The translations under genes and the position numbers were made by a program. Shown one piece after another: positions 21,333-34,259 of a stretch of 64,000 nucleotides of DNA. Numbering within the stretch: position 1 is the stretch's first letter; each line of letters starts with the position of its first letter. The notes beneath the pieces are model-generated. The model saw only the letters and a list, made by a program, of their open reading frames with translations. It was not told where the DNA came from and made no database searches. This DNA comes from Botryllus schlosseri (Eukaryota): assembly GCA_051294905.1 (NCBI GenBank), contig CM119372.1, positions 20,648,001 to 20,712,000 of the forward strand, given 5' to 3'.

Positions 21333-24300
21333 AGTGATCAGACTGTCAATCTAGTAAGTTTTGAATATGAACCTATAACAGACGAAGTCGGGATCACAAT
21401 AGTATCATTGGATGAAGAAATATCATTAGGAACAGATAGCATGTATTGGAATGAGTTCCTGGACTTCCCTTTTCACGTGGATTCTTTGGAAGATAACTGT
21501 GCAGAAAGCATAGTACATCTTGAATATGAAACGATTGTAGGGTAAAGTTCAGGCTGACGGTCTGCAGGTTTGAGTCCGTACTAGTTCGTCTCCAGAGTCA
21601 CTTCCTATAAGTGCTGGAGGTATATGTAGTCTCCTCGTCGTCAACCGACCCGTATATGCGGTGTCAATGCCGTGTTATTAATCAGCATTGGCAGCTCAGG
21701 AATGAAATTATGAATACCGCCTAAAGGAATCTTATACTTGTCAAAACACCATGAATACTAAACTATAGCTTCTATAGATCTTGTTCGTATATCCTATGCA
21801 GCCAAGTTCTTCACATGATAACGACGAAGATGGAATCAATAAACAGAACAGGCTACCTGGTTAATTGAGGCCTACTTGAAAACTTTATAAACGCTAAATA
21901 GCAGTCAAGTACTCTTATGATTGTGTATCCAAAGGCTATATCTCGCACCACTGTTTAATTATATTATTCTACTCGTCATCCTGTATCTAAACCTGTACTG
22001 TGTACCGTCAAGTATACGTTGGCTTGGTCAATGGCCTGGTCATATATTGTTTGTTTAACTCAAGAATACAATGGCTAAATATTATACCATCGACAATAGA
22101 GTATCATTGTTGGAATTTTGTTGTATTGAATTGGTCCGGAGTTGATAATTCATTGGATTTGGCGAATATATGATAAATGTGATATGTTCGACGGGGAACG
22201 GTAGCGATTGTAGAAGGTAGTAGCCAACGTAGTTCTCGAACTATCAATCGCGGTGAAGAGTGAGTTGTAATTTTTCGGGCTGACGATGTTTTCGAGGACA
22301 GTCGAAAGTAGTTCCGCCCGAATGAATTTATTGATCTCAAAATGAAAAATCACCATTCACCATTTTCAGCATGCCATTTTCAGCATACGACGCTTACTCT
22401 GAAGAACGGTCCACCAGACAGGTGTTATGAAATCGCGACCGCGTCACTATCTTTTTGGTATAATCCGTTAAGTTAACCGCGATTGATTTCATGCGCGTAG
22501 CATGACTGACTACTTTCAACCTCGAATTTGCATCGCTCTACAACTCGACATTCGGTATAGCCCAGTGGTCGGGAACTTGTTTTGTCCGAAGAGCCATATT
22601 GACATATTTTTTTTTTCATTTTCCCTCCCAAAGAGCCATACATGTCCATCAGCTGTTACGTCACAATTGAAAATTCCTGAAGTCATGGTAGCACTAATCA
22701 GAACTCACTATACATCGGATTCGTTGTGTGCGCCACATTTTCTCTGTGAAAACTCGAACTAATGATGCTGGTTGTCATACTTGAGCATGCGTAAACTTGA
22801 GTTACAAGAACGTCTAGTTCGCCGTGATGCTCCTTTTAAATGCGAGAATCCATGATCACATGCGTAGGTGGATCCAAACATGGTCACTACAGCATTATAT
22901 ACAGGCCTACCCTCTCTAAGCTGTTAACGAAAATTTTGAAACCTTCACTTATTATTGGTATTTGCTATTGATGTTCATGAATGAGTATAGATTTTGAACA
23001 TTTTTCTCCCCCAAATTCACACAATTTGCATTTTATTGTCTGAAAATAAAGCGTGAAACGCGAGGTAAGGCACAGACGGGCCAAGCCTCGCTATTGATAA
23101 CGCAATTCATCGTAAATAGCTTAGAATTTAATATAACTGATATTAATCTAATGTAACTGTTGCACTGATTCCGAAAATCTAAATACTGATCGACTTATCA
23201 ATTCTCATAGTATTTGGCGGTAACATATAACGTTGCGCTACACGCCTATTTTATCTCTGGTAGAGCTATATTTTCCGATCAAGAACGTGGATAGCTATGG
23301 CGTTGTTTGTAATTCGAGTTCGCGCCGTAGATCAGGAAGAAAATGTGTATTTGAAAACTGCGTTGTCATATTGATATTAGTGTCGCCAGGTCTGCTATTC
23401 TCTTTGATCAATCAAAGTATCGCCCAATCCAGGATTTCGAGTCGAATCGAATTCGCAAGTGATATTGGTCGCTGGCGCGACAGTAACTTAATTTCAGGAT
23501 TTTGAAAATATTTCGAGCCCCTAACTAAACCTGAAGACGGCATTGCCTTTACCTCTCAAAGACATGTTTATTGTTTATACTGCCACGGGAATAATTATTC
23601 TGGTCGTGATGAAAATTTACTAACAAGTAGCCGCAATTTTGATTAATTCAGTACGAAAATAAATATTTGGCAAAGAGCCATATCTTATACCCAAAAGAGT
23701 CATATATAGCTCGCGAGCCATAGGCTCCCTACCACATGATAGCCTATGTCCTCTACCGCCCAGTTCCAGCGGAGAAATTCGCCTCACATCGTAGTTTTCC
23801 ATTCTACGCTATTCCATTTGCTAAATTCACGCGTCACTATCAAACAGACTTTCCTTCAAAATCTAGGACCTTAATAAAAGTTGGACAGCGTCTTAAAAGT
23901 TACATTTCCTCATTTGCACCATCATGAGTAAATATCGTAAATCTCAACCTTAAGCCAAGTGAAGTGTTATCAACGTGTATGCGGAGCGGAAAGTCAACAA
24001 CGTCGTGGGCTTCAATTTCGTCTCTGATGAGAGGCCATCGTCAATACATCACTCAAGAAATGTAAATCCCATAGGTCCATCGGTGGCGATTTTGTGGACG
24101 CAATTCAAGGGTCACTTCATCACTGCCTTGGTGACTTAAGCGAGAGTAGCCTATAGATATAGCCTTATAGAAACTCCCAACACTTATGTATCGGAAACAA
24201 TCTTGTTGCGTTAAAGTTTATCTGCTAAACTAATTGATTAATTCGTTTTCAGAGATATGTTGTATTACCGCATATTAGCGGCATTGCTGTAATACTGTCG

Positions 24301-25088
24301 ATGTTCTCTACAGTGTTGCATAGGAAAAGAGCATGGAATGAATGATAGCTTTTACCGAATACCGAAACGAAAGAGACAGTCGACCCGATGTATTGTGACG
24401 TATTATAGAAACGGAAGTTTGAAAAGTACACTCATTCGTTCATGCATTGATAGTCTCGTTAATTGACTTTCCGTTATTTCGAAGCTTCACGACGTTGCAA
24501 TACAATGAAATGAAGAAGAGGAAAGCATCGAAGCAAATTGGCGCAGAATCGTACGCCGCTACCTATATACAAGTCAAAAGACGTCGAAGTGTATTTCCAG
24601 ACAAGAGACACAAATACACACAAGATCTAGCAAATACAGACAGAAACGCATAATCTGGACGAGCACACGAAATGGGGCTTCGAATATTGCTGTAATACTT
24701 GGTTACGTCCTCACCGCAATCCGCTATGCCATGGTGTTGTTCAACGTAATTCAGTCGGTTCTTTGGCATACCATTTAAGTCAGCGGTTTTAACCGGTATT
24801 CCACGGAACCACAGAGGTTCCCTTAATCAGTCGCAGTGCTTCCCTGGAGCTTTACACACACACGAAACTCATACATTTTAGTTATGATGACACACCACGT
24901 CTTGGCTATCATGGATACGCAGGGGAGGTTGGGTTTCGAAATCGAAAATCCGCCCTTCTGAAATGCCAATTCTATCTCCAACTTGCAATAGCTCATTTGC
25001 AGTCGACCAATCGGTATCACGCTGTTGTGTTAGGACCGAACAACATAACAACACTTCCCAAGGTGCAACCTCGCATATATCTTAGACT

Positions 25089-25341
25089 TAGGGTTACCGT
25101 ATTTTGAAAATCCAAAAAAAGGAGAACACTTTTTCAAAATTTTCAGACTTACAATACCGGAGTAAAATCCTGTAAAAATGTAAATTTTCCCCGACTCTGT
25201 GGTCTAAGCTCCCGAAATAGCAGCGTGACTCGTAACTTAAGTGCTGATTTACTGCATCTCAGTCGAATTTTAACCTATATTTAACCAAAACTCTCAAAAA
25301 AAGGAAAACAAACTCTTAAAAGAGAACGTATGGTAACCCTA
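25089..25341. mobile_element. hAT MITE, short inverted relative of 3634-4049
   Basis: TIR TAGGGTTACCGTA / TATGGTAACCCTA; shared internal sequence (CTCAGTCGAATTTTAACCT). Confidence 0.75.
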
Positions 25342-27794
25342 GCATATCTGAACTGGTATCTGCAGAAACTGAACAGCAGAAGTCACATTGCATTGCAATA
25401 AATATTCCTTATAATGTTTACGTTTTGGGTGAAAATCACCAACCATGTTCGTTCTTTTAACACTCTGTTGATGTACAGTTCGTTTTGCGCACTATAGTAC
25501 TCTATAGCCAGCCAGGGTTGTAATATATATACGCTTTTTCTCACTTTTAGCATGCATATAGTCAAGCAGATAAAGAGAGTTTCTGGGCCTATTTTCAAGT
25601 ATCGGTGCTGATAAACGAGAGTTAGATGAAGCCTTCTTATGGAATGTCTACCGTCATAAGACTTGGTCGAGTCATACGCAATGACTCGAGTACAAGTCGA
25701 GTCAATACTCAAATTGAGTCAAGTCGCGTCAAGTCATTTTTCCCTTTGTAAAGTCGTGTCATCGTTGTGAAATGATTCGATTCATGTCGAGTCAACGTCC
25801 AATCGCGACTCGAGCTCGACTCGAGTGTCATGACAGAGACAAGCTATGCCAAGCAAGTCCTTGAAAGTCCGGATAAGAATGAAAATACTCAACGATCCAT
25901 GATTGCTCAAGTTGACAACCCCTATATTATTGCACTGTGTTTCGCGATAGTAGAGATCTCAGCGGGTTTGATCTAGCCCAGTGGTTCCCAACGTGGGCGA
26001 TATCGCCCCCCAGGGGGCGATTTGTCGGTCCAGGGGGGGCGAAAATAGCGAAGGGGGCGATAGGGGGGCGAAAACGGACGAAGGGGGCGATAGGGGGGCG
26101 ATGGCGCGTTGAAATGGCTATATTGGCGTTCATGACCGTAACTGCCACACCCAAACCCCCAATTGGGATGGGGGCCCGAGCTCGAAGGGGGCTCATAATT
26201 TTTTCGTGAATTAACATTAATTATAGAGTAATATTTTAAAAATTTAAGCAAATTTTTCAAAAAATTTTCGCGCTGCGCGCCATTTCCTAGTCGCTTATTT
26301 CTTGCTTATTGGATACCCTTCCTTCAAGAAATAATACGCATGAGTTATAGAAATGGGCATCTCGGCGTCAGCCATTATCACACCATGACGCACCAAGACA
26401 TATGAAGTTTCAGGCCATGTAACATGCGACTCCGAGAAGAGTGGCAGAACGAGAAAACCTTGGCGGAAAAGGACTGCCTTTAGGCTGACCGACTTAGATA
26501 TATATACGATATACATCAGTGGCGGCTCGTCCTATAGGGCAACTGGGGCATTGCCCCACCTAAAATTCTGTTCAATAACAATTTAACCATTTATAGACGC
26601 ACAGCGCTCAATATATATCGAGATCACAGCGAAACCCGCGTTCTTCTTGTGCTTTCGCTTGCAAATGCCCATACATAGCGAAGTCTCCGCGAAAATCGAA
26701 TTCTCTTCTGTGTTTTCGCTTTGTGAATGCCTAGCCGGGGCTTGCCCCGGTAGCGCTCATAACAAGCTTTCACTATCTATTCTCTCAAAACTGCGCACAA
26801 TTAAGAAACGTTGCTTTACTCTCTCCTATTCGTAAAATGGCCGAGCAACCGGGGCAAATATGCTTGCTCGCCCCTAAGGTGTGATGTAACAATCGTATCG
26901 ATATCTGAACTCGGATACCGTGATATGCGTTGAGTCGACCGTTGCTGGTACAGGTCGATTTTGATGGTGTTTCACACCATGATAATTCTTGAAACTTGGT
27001 ATGTCATGTCGTGATGGTGGTATTTAACACTGTCCTAAGTTTCAGGGTTTCTACTCAAAGTTTAGGGTAGTAATTCCGTTTCCAAAGTCGAGTGTGTGCT
27101 GATCGGTCATGTATCGCAAACATATTTCACGCAAAGCCGGTATTGGTCTCCATTGATTTTAACGATGCTCCTTAGCTAGATCCGTCATGAACTTTTACAT
27201 GGTATGTCTTGATTTTAGTATCGAACGCTGTGCCAAGTCTCAAGGTTGACACTCAATGATTAGGGCAGCAATTTCGTTATTAAGTTCGAGTACGGTAGAG
27301 ATGTGCGCTGATCTGACACTTAGCCTACCTAACGCATTGCGGATTTCACGCAAAAGCCGGTGTATCTGTGTTCCATACTGAGATAGGTGATGAGATGATG
27401 ATATCATGAAACAGTTTACTAACATCCTCGGTTTGCATTCAAATATTTAGTTTTATTTTATATTCTCCAATGTCAATTTCACCGTGGAATGGTGGCCTTC
27501 GGGCCATTTGCTCACAATTACAACCCCTGTCAAGCGCGATAGCTGTTTCGTTTTCGATGGCGGCTAACAGCTGATCGCTTGATCAGCCTATTCCTCAGTA
27601 AATATTACGCAAAATTCGGCGTTGATCTGTTCGTATTAATTTTGACAGTGTACCATACCGAAAACGGTCATGAGGCTATACTTCTCGATGATTTCATGTA
27701 ACAGTGTACCAAGTTTTCGGCTTTCATCCACGTATTTATTCGGTAATATATTTTCCGAAGGCGATTTTGCAGCAGACATATAGACACTATAGAC

Positions 27795-28823
27795 CAGGGG
27801 TGGGCAAACTACGGCCCGCAACACCGTTCTGTGCGGCCCGCGAGAGTCTAAAGAAACTTTTAAAAAATATTGATAAAATGCGTACTAAAAATCGAATTAA
27901 TGCAGGGACTTGATTAACTTTTCTTCGTATATTTCACCATGACAATTCTAAGACAGTGGTTCTCAAACTGGTGGGCGCGCCCCCCTTGGGGGCGTGAAAG
28001 CATCTGAAAGGGGGCGCGAAGCTGAGCTGAACTGAACAAATTTTTCGCGCTCCGCGCGATTTACTTCCAATTCAAAGTTATTGCTCTGTATTTAGTCTCT
28101 CATCCACATGTCGTAACGTTCCATGCCATCAAACTATACCCGTTGGGTTTGCTAGCATCCTGGTTGCGTTTTGTGATATGACGATAAGATGGCGCAAAAT
28201 CTTTCACCATCTTAAAAAGTTTGAGAACCACTGACCTAAGGTAAATACTTAATATCACAGCGGGATAGCTGCAACGAGATTGATATAATTTGGATCACGA
28301 GTGGGATTTCAGATTCGACACTCCATTTTCAATTATTTCAGTGTTGTGCTTATAAAAAACGATTCGGGCGTGTCTTAGGTAGATTCATTGTCTGTATGCG
28401 TAGAATTGGGGTATTTATATTTTCTATACATAGTAGAAGCGTGTTTGAAGCCAACATGGTTATGATGCTGTCAGCATTGTGTGTCCTGGAACTGAGCCAA
28501 AAGTGGACAGATCGCTGCTCACAGATTTAAATTTCAATCCTGTTCTAACAATCGAGCCACCGACTTTCATCTCTATAGTTTTGACAAATTGGTCCGCCAG
28601 CCTATGAAATCTCGCCACTATATGTTTCTGACGCGTGTACGATATCATCGAAGCAATGTTTAGCTTGTTTTAAATAAGCACGTATATTATCTCCATGTCC
28701 TCACTATATAATCAAATATCAATATTGCGTTTTGGTTTATAATCCAAATTTTATATAGTGCGGCCCGCGAATGGATTCAGATGTTGAATGCGGCCCGCGA
28801 GCTCAAAAGTTTGCCCACCCCTG
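27795..28823. mobile_element. hAT MITE (CAGGGGTGGGCAAAC termini), itself containing MITE 27954-28233
   Basis: Perfect TIR and TSD ctatagac; inner element TIR CAGTGGTTCTCAAACT / AGTTTGAGAACCACTG. Confidence 0.9.
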
Positions 28824-29093
28824 CTATAGACCGTAAGCCGTATGTGTCGTGTGACAGTCTCCAGCCTCAAGGCCAGAATCTCCCAAGCTGTACCGGGACC
28901 GAATTTCCGAGGCTGCTATCCGTAGTTCTTCAGAATGATGTTTTGGATTCAATATGACATTTCCTTGTCCAATCTATGAGATAACAATTGCGTATGTGTC
29001 CGAACTCGTTGACCTTTCCAGTTAGGCATACGCAATCTCTCGATTTATAGTCATTTCCATTTCTGCAGATAAGTAGTCAGGTCAAGTGCGAAC

Positions 29094-30328
29094 ATGAATC
29101 GTGTTGAATCTTTGCTCCGTACGCCGTTTAGCCAGCTGCCTTTAGAGCAAAAATTAGAGGTAAAGCGACTAGGTCCGTATCAGCCTAGAAATTGCCCATT
29201 GATCCAATCGTACGCCGGAGGAAAGCGCACTCGTGCCTTTTCTTCAGCGCATTTCGATAAAAATGAATGGCTTACTTATGGCGAGGATAAAAACGCCTTG
29301 TTTTGCTTTTACTGTCTTTTATTCGACAGTGCCGGTACCGGAAGCAGTGGCTCTTGTTGGAACAAAATTGGTTATCGCGATCTGAAGCATTTGTCAGAGC
29401 GTCTGAAAACGCACCAAAAATCCCAAGTGCACATGGCTAGTGCAGTTAAATATAAATTGTTTGGCAGAGTAAATGTAATGTCGCAGCTCAATGAAAGTTA
29501 TCGCGTATCAGTCTGCAAGCACAATGAGCTTGTAGATAAGAATAGGCATGTTCTCTCTCGGGTGATTGATGCCATTAAATTTATTGGAGTTCATGAATTG
29601 CCGCTTCGAGGCCACGATGAGAAGGAATGCTCTCTCAATAGGGGGGTATTTTTGGATCTAATTAAATACACGGCTTCCATTGATAGCATTTTGCGCGAAC
29701 ATCTCGACACCGCGACAGTAGCTAAGGGTACCTCAAAGACTATTCAAAATGATGTGCTTGATTCGATATATCACATCTATCTACAGCATTTGTTTACCGA
29801 GATTGTTGACGCTGAATTTCTATCTATTCAGTCTGACGAAACAACTGACATTACGTGTTTGTCACAACTAGTCGTGATTTTTCGGTTCACGAAATTTGGT
29901 ATGCCAGTCGAACGATTCCACAGCTTTGTGGCTGTTGACGATCGCACTGCTGTCGGAATTTCTTACGTATTAAAAAAAACATTACAGCCCTATTCAGTTG
30001 AGTCGAAACTTATTGCGCAAACCTACGACGGCGCAGCAGTCATGAGCGGATCGCGACATAGCGTACAAGTTTTAATGAAAGAAGTTTACCCGCATGCGCA
30101 TTTTTTGCATTGCTACGCGCATCAGCTCAATCTTGTAGTGAAAAAAATGTGCTTAGGAATATCTTCTGTCAAGATATTCTTTGCAAATCTTTCAGGGTTC
30201 TCCTCCTTTTTCTCTGTTTCGCCAAAGCGATCTGATCTATTGCGCGACATATGCAAGCACCGGTTACCTAGATGCGTATCAACACGGTGGAACTTCCAAT
30301 CCAGAGTTGTGCAACGAGTGTCAGAGAG
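29094..30328 (+). pseudogene. Truncated hAT transposase (TTF-type zinc finger + DUF4371, ZMYM1-like), ~410 uninterrupted codons
   Basis: WL.Y...LFCFYCLLF, LPLRGHDE, SKTIQND, SIQSDETTD (first catalytic D), QTYDGAAVMSG (second D), HCYAHQLNL, TRW. Similarity is lost after ~30328; the catalytic Glu and hATC dimerisation domain are missing. Confidence 0.9.
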
Positions 30329-30564
30329 TAGGGTGGAGCATTTGGAACATTTGTTACCGCACTTCAAGTCACGCCACCGGCAAACCTCTCGCGGCACCTA
30401 CGTTAAAAATCATTGTTTACGGGAAATTCATGTGGCCATCATGAACGTTGAAAAACGCTACTGTGACGTCATATTGATAACAAGTCGCTTGCGGCCCTTG
30501 CCCCACCACCCGATATTGTCACGAGCCGCCACTGATATACATATATATTTAATTGCCCATAGGC

Positions 30565-31996
30565 TAGGGTTGCCATACGTCCGGAATTTCCCGGACATGT
30601 CCGGAATTTCACTGTTTTTACTGCGTCCGGGAGGAATTTCCAAAATATGCCCAAATGTCCGGAATTTTGAAGGCTTGAAAAAAGCTCATAATTTTTTCGT
30701 AAATGAACATAAACAAGATTGTTTTGGGGCATATTCATGAAATTTTTCTTCGCGCTGCGCGCGATTTAGTATCACATATCTTCGTTTGAATATCGGGACT
30801 ACCACCCTCTCAAAAACTGCAATAAAAATATAAAATAAAAATAGCAATTATAAGTCTAATTGTAATCGCAATTACAAGGTAACTGTATATTCATAGAGTC
30901 GGTTGAGGCCGCGTTTGGATGCTTTATTCAAAGATAGTTTGCCTTTATTCTGGGGTTTACGAAGAGGTTGAACGTAATCAGCTTCCAAAATAGGCTGTGA
31001 GTATAAATCTGGGCAAATTTGCCGACCATTAATTAGTAATCAGCTGGGCAACGCCAAGTTGGAAATGGAGTCGCGACATAAAAGATTGGAAACCACCGGA
31101 TGTGCGGTGTTTATATAGCTCAGTGGTGCAGTGCGCACAGGCAGGCTGATAAATAATCTTATCGGTGTGACATGATCATGACGCTACTTTCATTTTCGAA
31201 GTCATCATCCTCCACCAGCTCGACCGCTAACTCTGATCATATGGGCGGAGAGAGGATCAAAATTATATAATAATATATGGAAGAACCAATATTATTGACA
31301 TAATTCCAAAATACGCGAGGGAGATAGCGTATAGTTGTGACGATATGGGCCCACTAACCGGGCGGCTCCGGTACGATTCCCGCCGGAGGCTTATCTGGTC
31401 TCCTCTTTCCCCGCCGTAAAAAGCCCAGAAAAAGATCCGACGACAGAAAGCACTTACAAGGAATAGAAAGAACCATAAAGGACCGCGGCTTCATAAAATG
31501 TCAACATCGAAAAGAACTGTGACGTCGGGCACTATAGGCCTATCTGTCCATTACAACGCATTGTGTCTTATCGCATTGTAGGCTACCTTGTGTGTCTTGT
31601 TCAGATAAAAAAATATCCCAGCGATAAATTATTATCATTATCGATATTGATTATCGAAGAGGATTAGTTCTCCGCACTCTTCTGTAATTCATTCATATAA
31701 TTTACGACCAGATGCATATAGTAAGCCCCCAGAAGTTGCATCGATTACCGCACGGTGGGCCGATCAGTGTTTATTTGTGCGGGAGTGAGGTGAAAAAATG
31801 TGGCTTCGGCCCAGATTACATCTTACAACACACAGCCACATAATCCTGAACCGGATCGTGACCACCTCTAGTCGATAGACAAATCTTTGCTGGTGTGACG
31901 TCAAATTTATCGAAATGGGCTCATAACTCATTTAAAATCCGCTAGTTGGCGCTAAAGAGCGTCCGGAATTTGGATCACAAAAATATGGTAACCCTA
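30565..31996. mobile_element. Non-autonomous hAT element (TAGGGTT.CCATA termini, TCCGGA subterminal motifs)
   Basis: TIR TAGGGTTGCCATA / TATGGTAACCCTA; perfect TSD ccataggc. Confidence 0.88.
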
Positions 31997-34259
31997 CCAT
32001 AGGCGCCTAAATGGCTGGCGCCAAATGTTCCTGTCCTGGCAATCAGAATCCCACAAAAAATGCCATCTCGCAGAGAAAAATTAATTGCCAGTGCAGAAAT
32101 ACCAATTTGAAATCGTTCGCATCTTTTAGTTTAGCACGTATGGGCGATTTGAATATCTTTTGACATAGCAGACAGGCCACGAAATATCATTACGTAACGA
32201 AGTCAATATACCCACGGGTCCACCCGAATATGTTCAATTATTATTTACGGGCCCTACATTTTCCAAGACACCTCACTCAGCTTTTCCGGTATATCTGAAT
32301 ACATGAGCAGAGAGAGATAAAAAATTGAAAGCAATATCTATGCAATTCCCGACCATATTGACCGATCCAATCATGAATGATTGAAATTTTTCGCGAAATA
32401 AGCTGACTAACTAAAGAGTCCAACAATTTGTGCCAAGAAGTACCGGTAAAGAGGTATCGGGGGAGTTGGGTCTGAGGGGTGCAGAAGTTTGCTTTATCGC
32501 CCTATGGAGGGGGGGTCAAGACCAACGTATTGGGGGGGGGGGCAGACGAAGTTCTGTTACAGTTCTTCTGGAATCAAGTCAGAGAAATAACCTTTTTAGT
32601 TAGTGAACTCACCAACATTCAACTGGAAAAGTGTAATTTCGAGGTCGAGCCGAAAAGTTGACCTTTTTCTTAGTCAACTCGCCGGTGATTTCAGTATGTA
32701 TGCCAATTTTTCGGTTCCCAATATTTGGGGGGCGATGAACGGTGTGGAGTTTGAAAAGGGGGCGATGAGTCGAAAAAGGTTGGGAACCACTGATCTAGCC
32801 GATATCCTGATTCTACGAGACCTAATTCTATCCAAGCGCCTTCCATTTTCACGAAATGCAACGGTGTATGCGTCCACGTCCATGAATCATGTCAATTCGC
32901 AATAAATATGAATTATTATGCTCCATACGTAACGGAATGGTGTACTGGGCTTAGAGCACGAACACGGGTTATCTGCTCATGAGCAAAGCGACCTACTTTT
33001 CTGTCAGTTTTGGATGCTATCCGACTGGTTACCACTTAGTCAATAAAATATGGAATGGATGATAGGGTGGCGTCAATTTTTTTCGACCATCGTGATCGAC
33101 ACGCCGATTTCCCTTTTAATATGTGTTGAAATCGATAAAATGAACATCATGCATTTTTGGTGACAGCTCCCGAGAGCTAATGCGCGACCAATCGTTGTTT
33201 GCCTGTATCTTTGCCGGTATACTGCTAATATATATATATATTTACCTATTAGGCTACTTTGGGAGACAATCGCACTTATTTTTGTAGCAGTTGGGGGACG
33301 AAAAAAATTGGGAGACAATTTTGTGTCCCCCTAATTCTTGGCGACATTTTTCCCTCGGTTGCTATCGTCTGTTAAGCAAATCCGTTTGGGACCACGCTTA
33401 TTAGTCCCTCATTTGTCCCTTCCAAAAGAAATCAAGTCATGAAGTAGCAGGAATTTCGAGTTACAATGGCGACATTTTGACCCCTGTATAAACCCCGTAT
33501 TTTGAAAAGTGGCATTAAGTCGACAATCAATAGGGGGGATTTTCGTCCGCTTTTCGCGTGTATAAAATGACACCGCTTTGCATACATGATAGTTTTTGTT
33601 TAGGATTTACTCAGTTTAGACCATTCCAGTATATATAGGGATTTTAAGACTTTATACACTGTTTTAAAAAATGACGACATAAAAAATGCTGACTACCATT
33701 GTGATGACTCGACATAAGTTCTAGTTGCGATCTTGGTAGACACCGCGAATCGTACGATTTTAATGACGACTCCTATTATTTGGGCCCTGATTAGCTCTTG
33801 GCAAAGGCGAAAGGGCACTATACCATCGTTAAATTTTGTTGTTCAACACTCCTGATACATATTGTGAAAAAGAATCCCTGCTTTACCTTAATACAACTCC
33901 ATCAAATATATGTATTGGTTATAGCATGATAAATATTCTGTAGTATTTCCCGCACCCAATATATCGAGCTGATAGGTCGTTGATTTGCTTGTGTCAAGAC
34001 AGCTTTAAGATGCTCTGTCAGTTGCGAGCGTAAGGCATATACCTTTTGTCAGTTATTCTCAACCTTTCATGTCTTTGCGGACCCCTTTTGGACCGTCGCG
34101 AGCCTCAGCGAACCCCCGACTTTTATTTCTAATTTAGCTCAAATTATTGTTTCCGCTCAAGCCAGACAATGTTCAATGCGGTACTAAAGATGCATTGCGA
34201 CATATTGAACAGAGAAGAGAATGGAAAAACTACCAAGCACGGTTATTATTAATCTATAG

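Larger units (their letters stand above)
26517..30534 (+). mobile_element. hAT element carrying a 3'-deleted transposase
   Basis: TIR CAGTGGCGGCTCGT / ACGAGCCGCCACTG; perfect TSD atatacat. Confidence 0.92.
25979..32792. mobile_element. hAT (Buster/Charlie-like) non-autonomous element expanded to 6.8 kb by nested insertions
   Basis: TIR CAGTGGTTCCCAAC / GTTGGGAACCACTG; perfect TSD atctagcc; GGGGGCGA subterminal repeats at both ends. Confidence 0.85.

Noticed and set aside
30329..30740. C-terminal ~137 aa of the 548-aa ORF as genuine transposase
   Set aside because: It runs through subterminal DNA, the TIR, the TSD and the next element, and has no hATC motifs.
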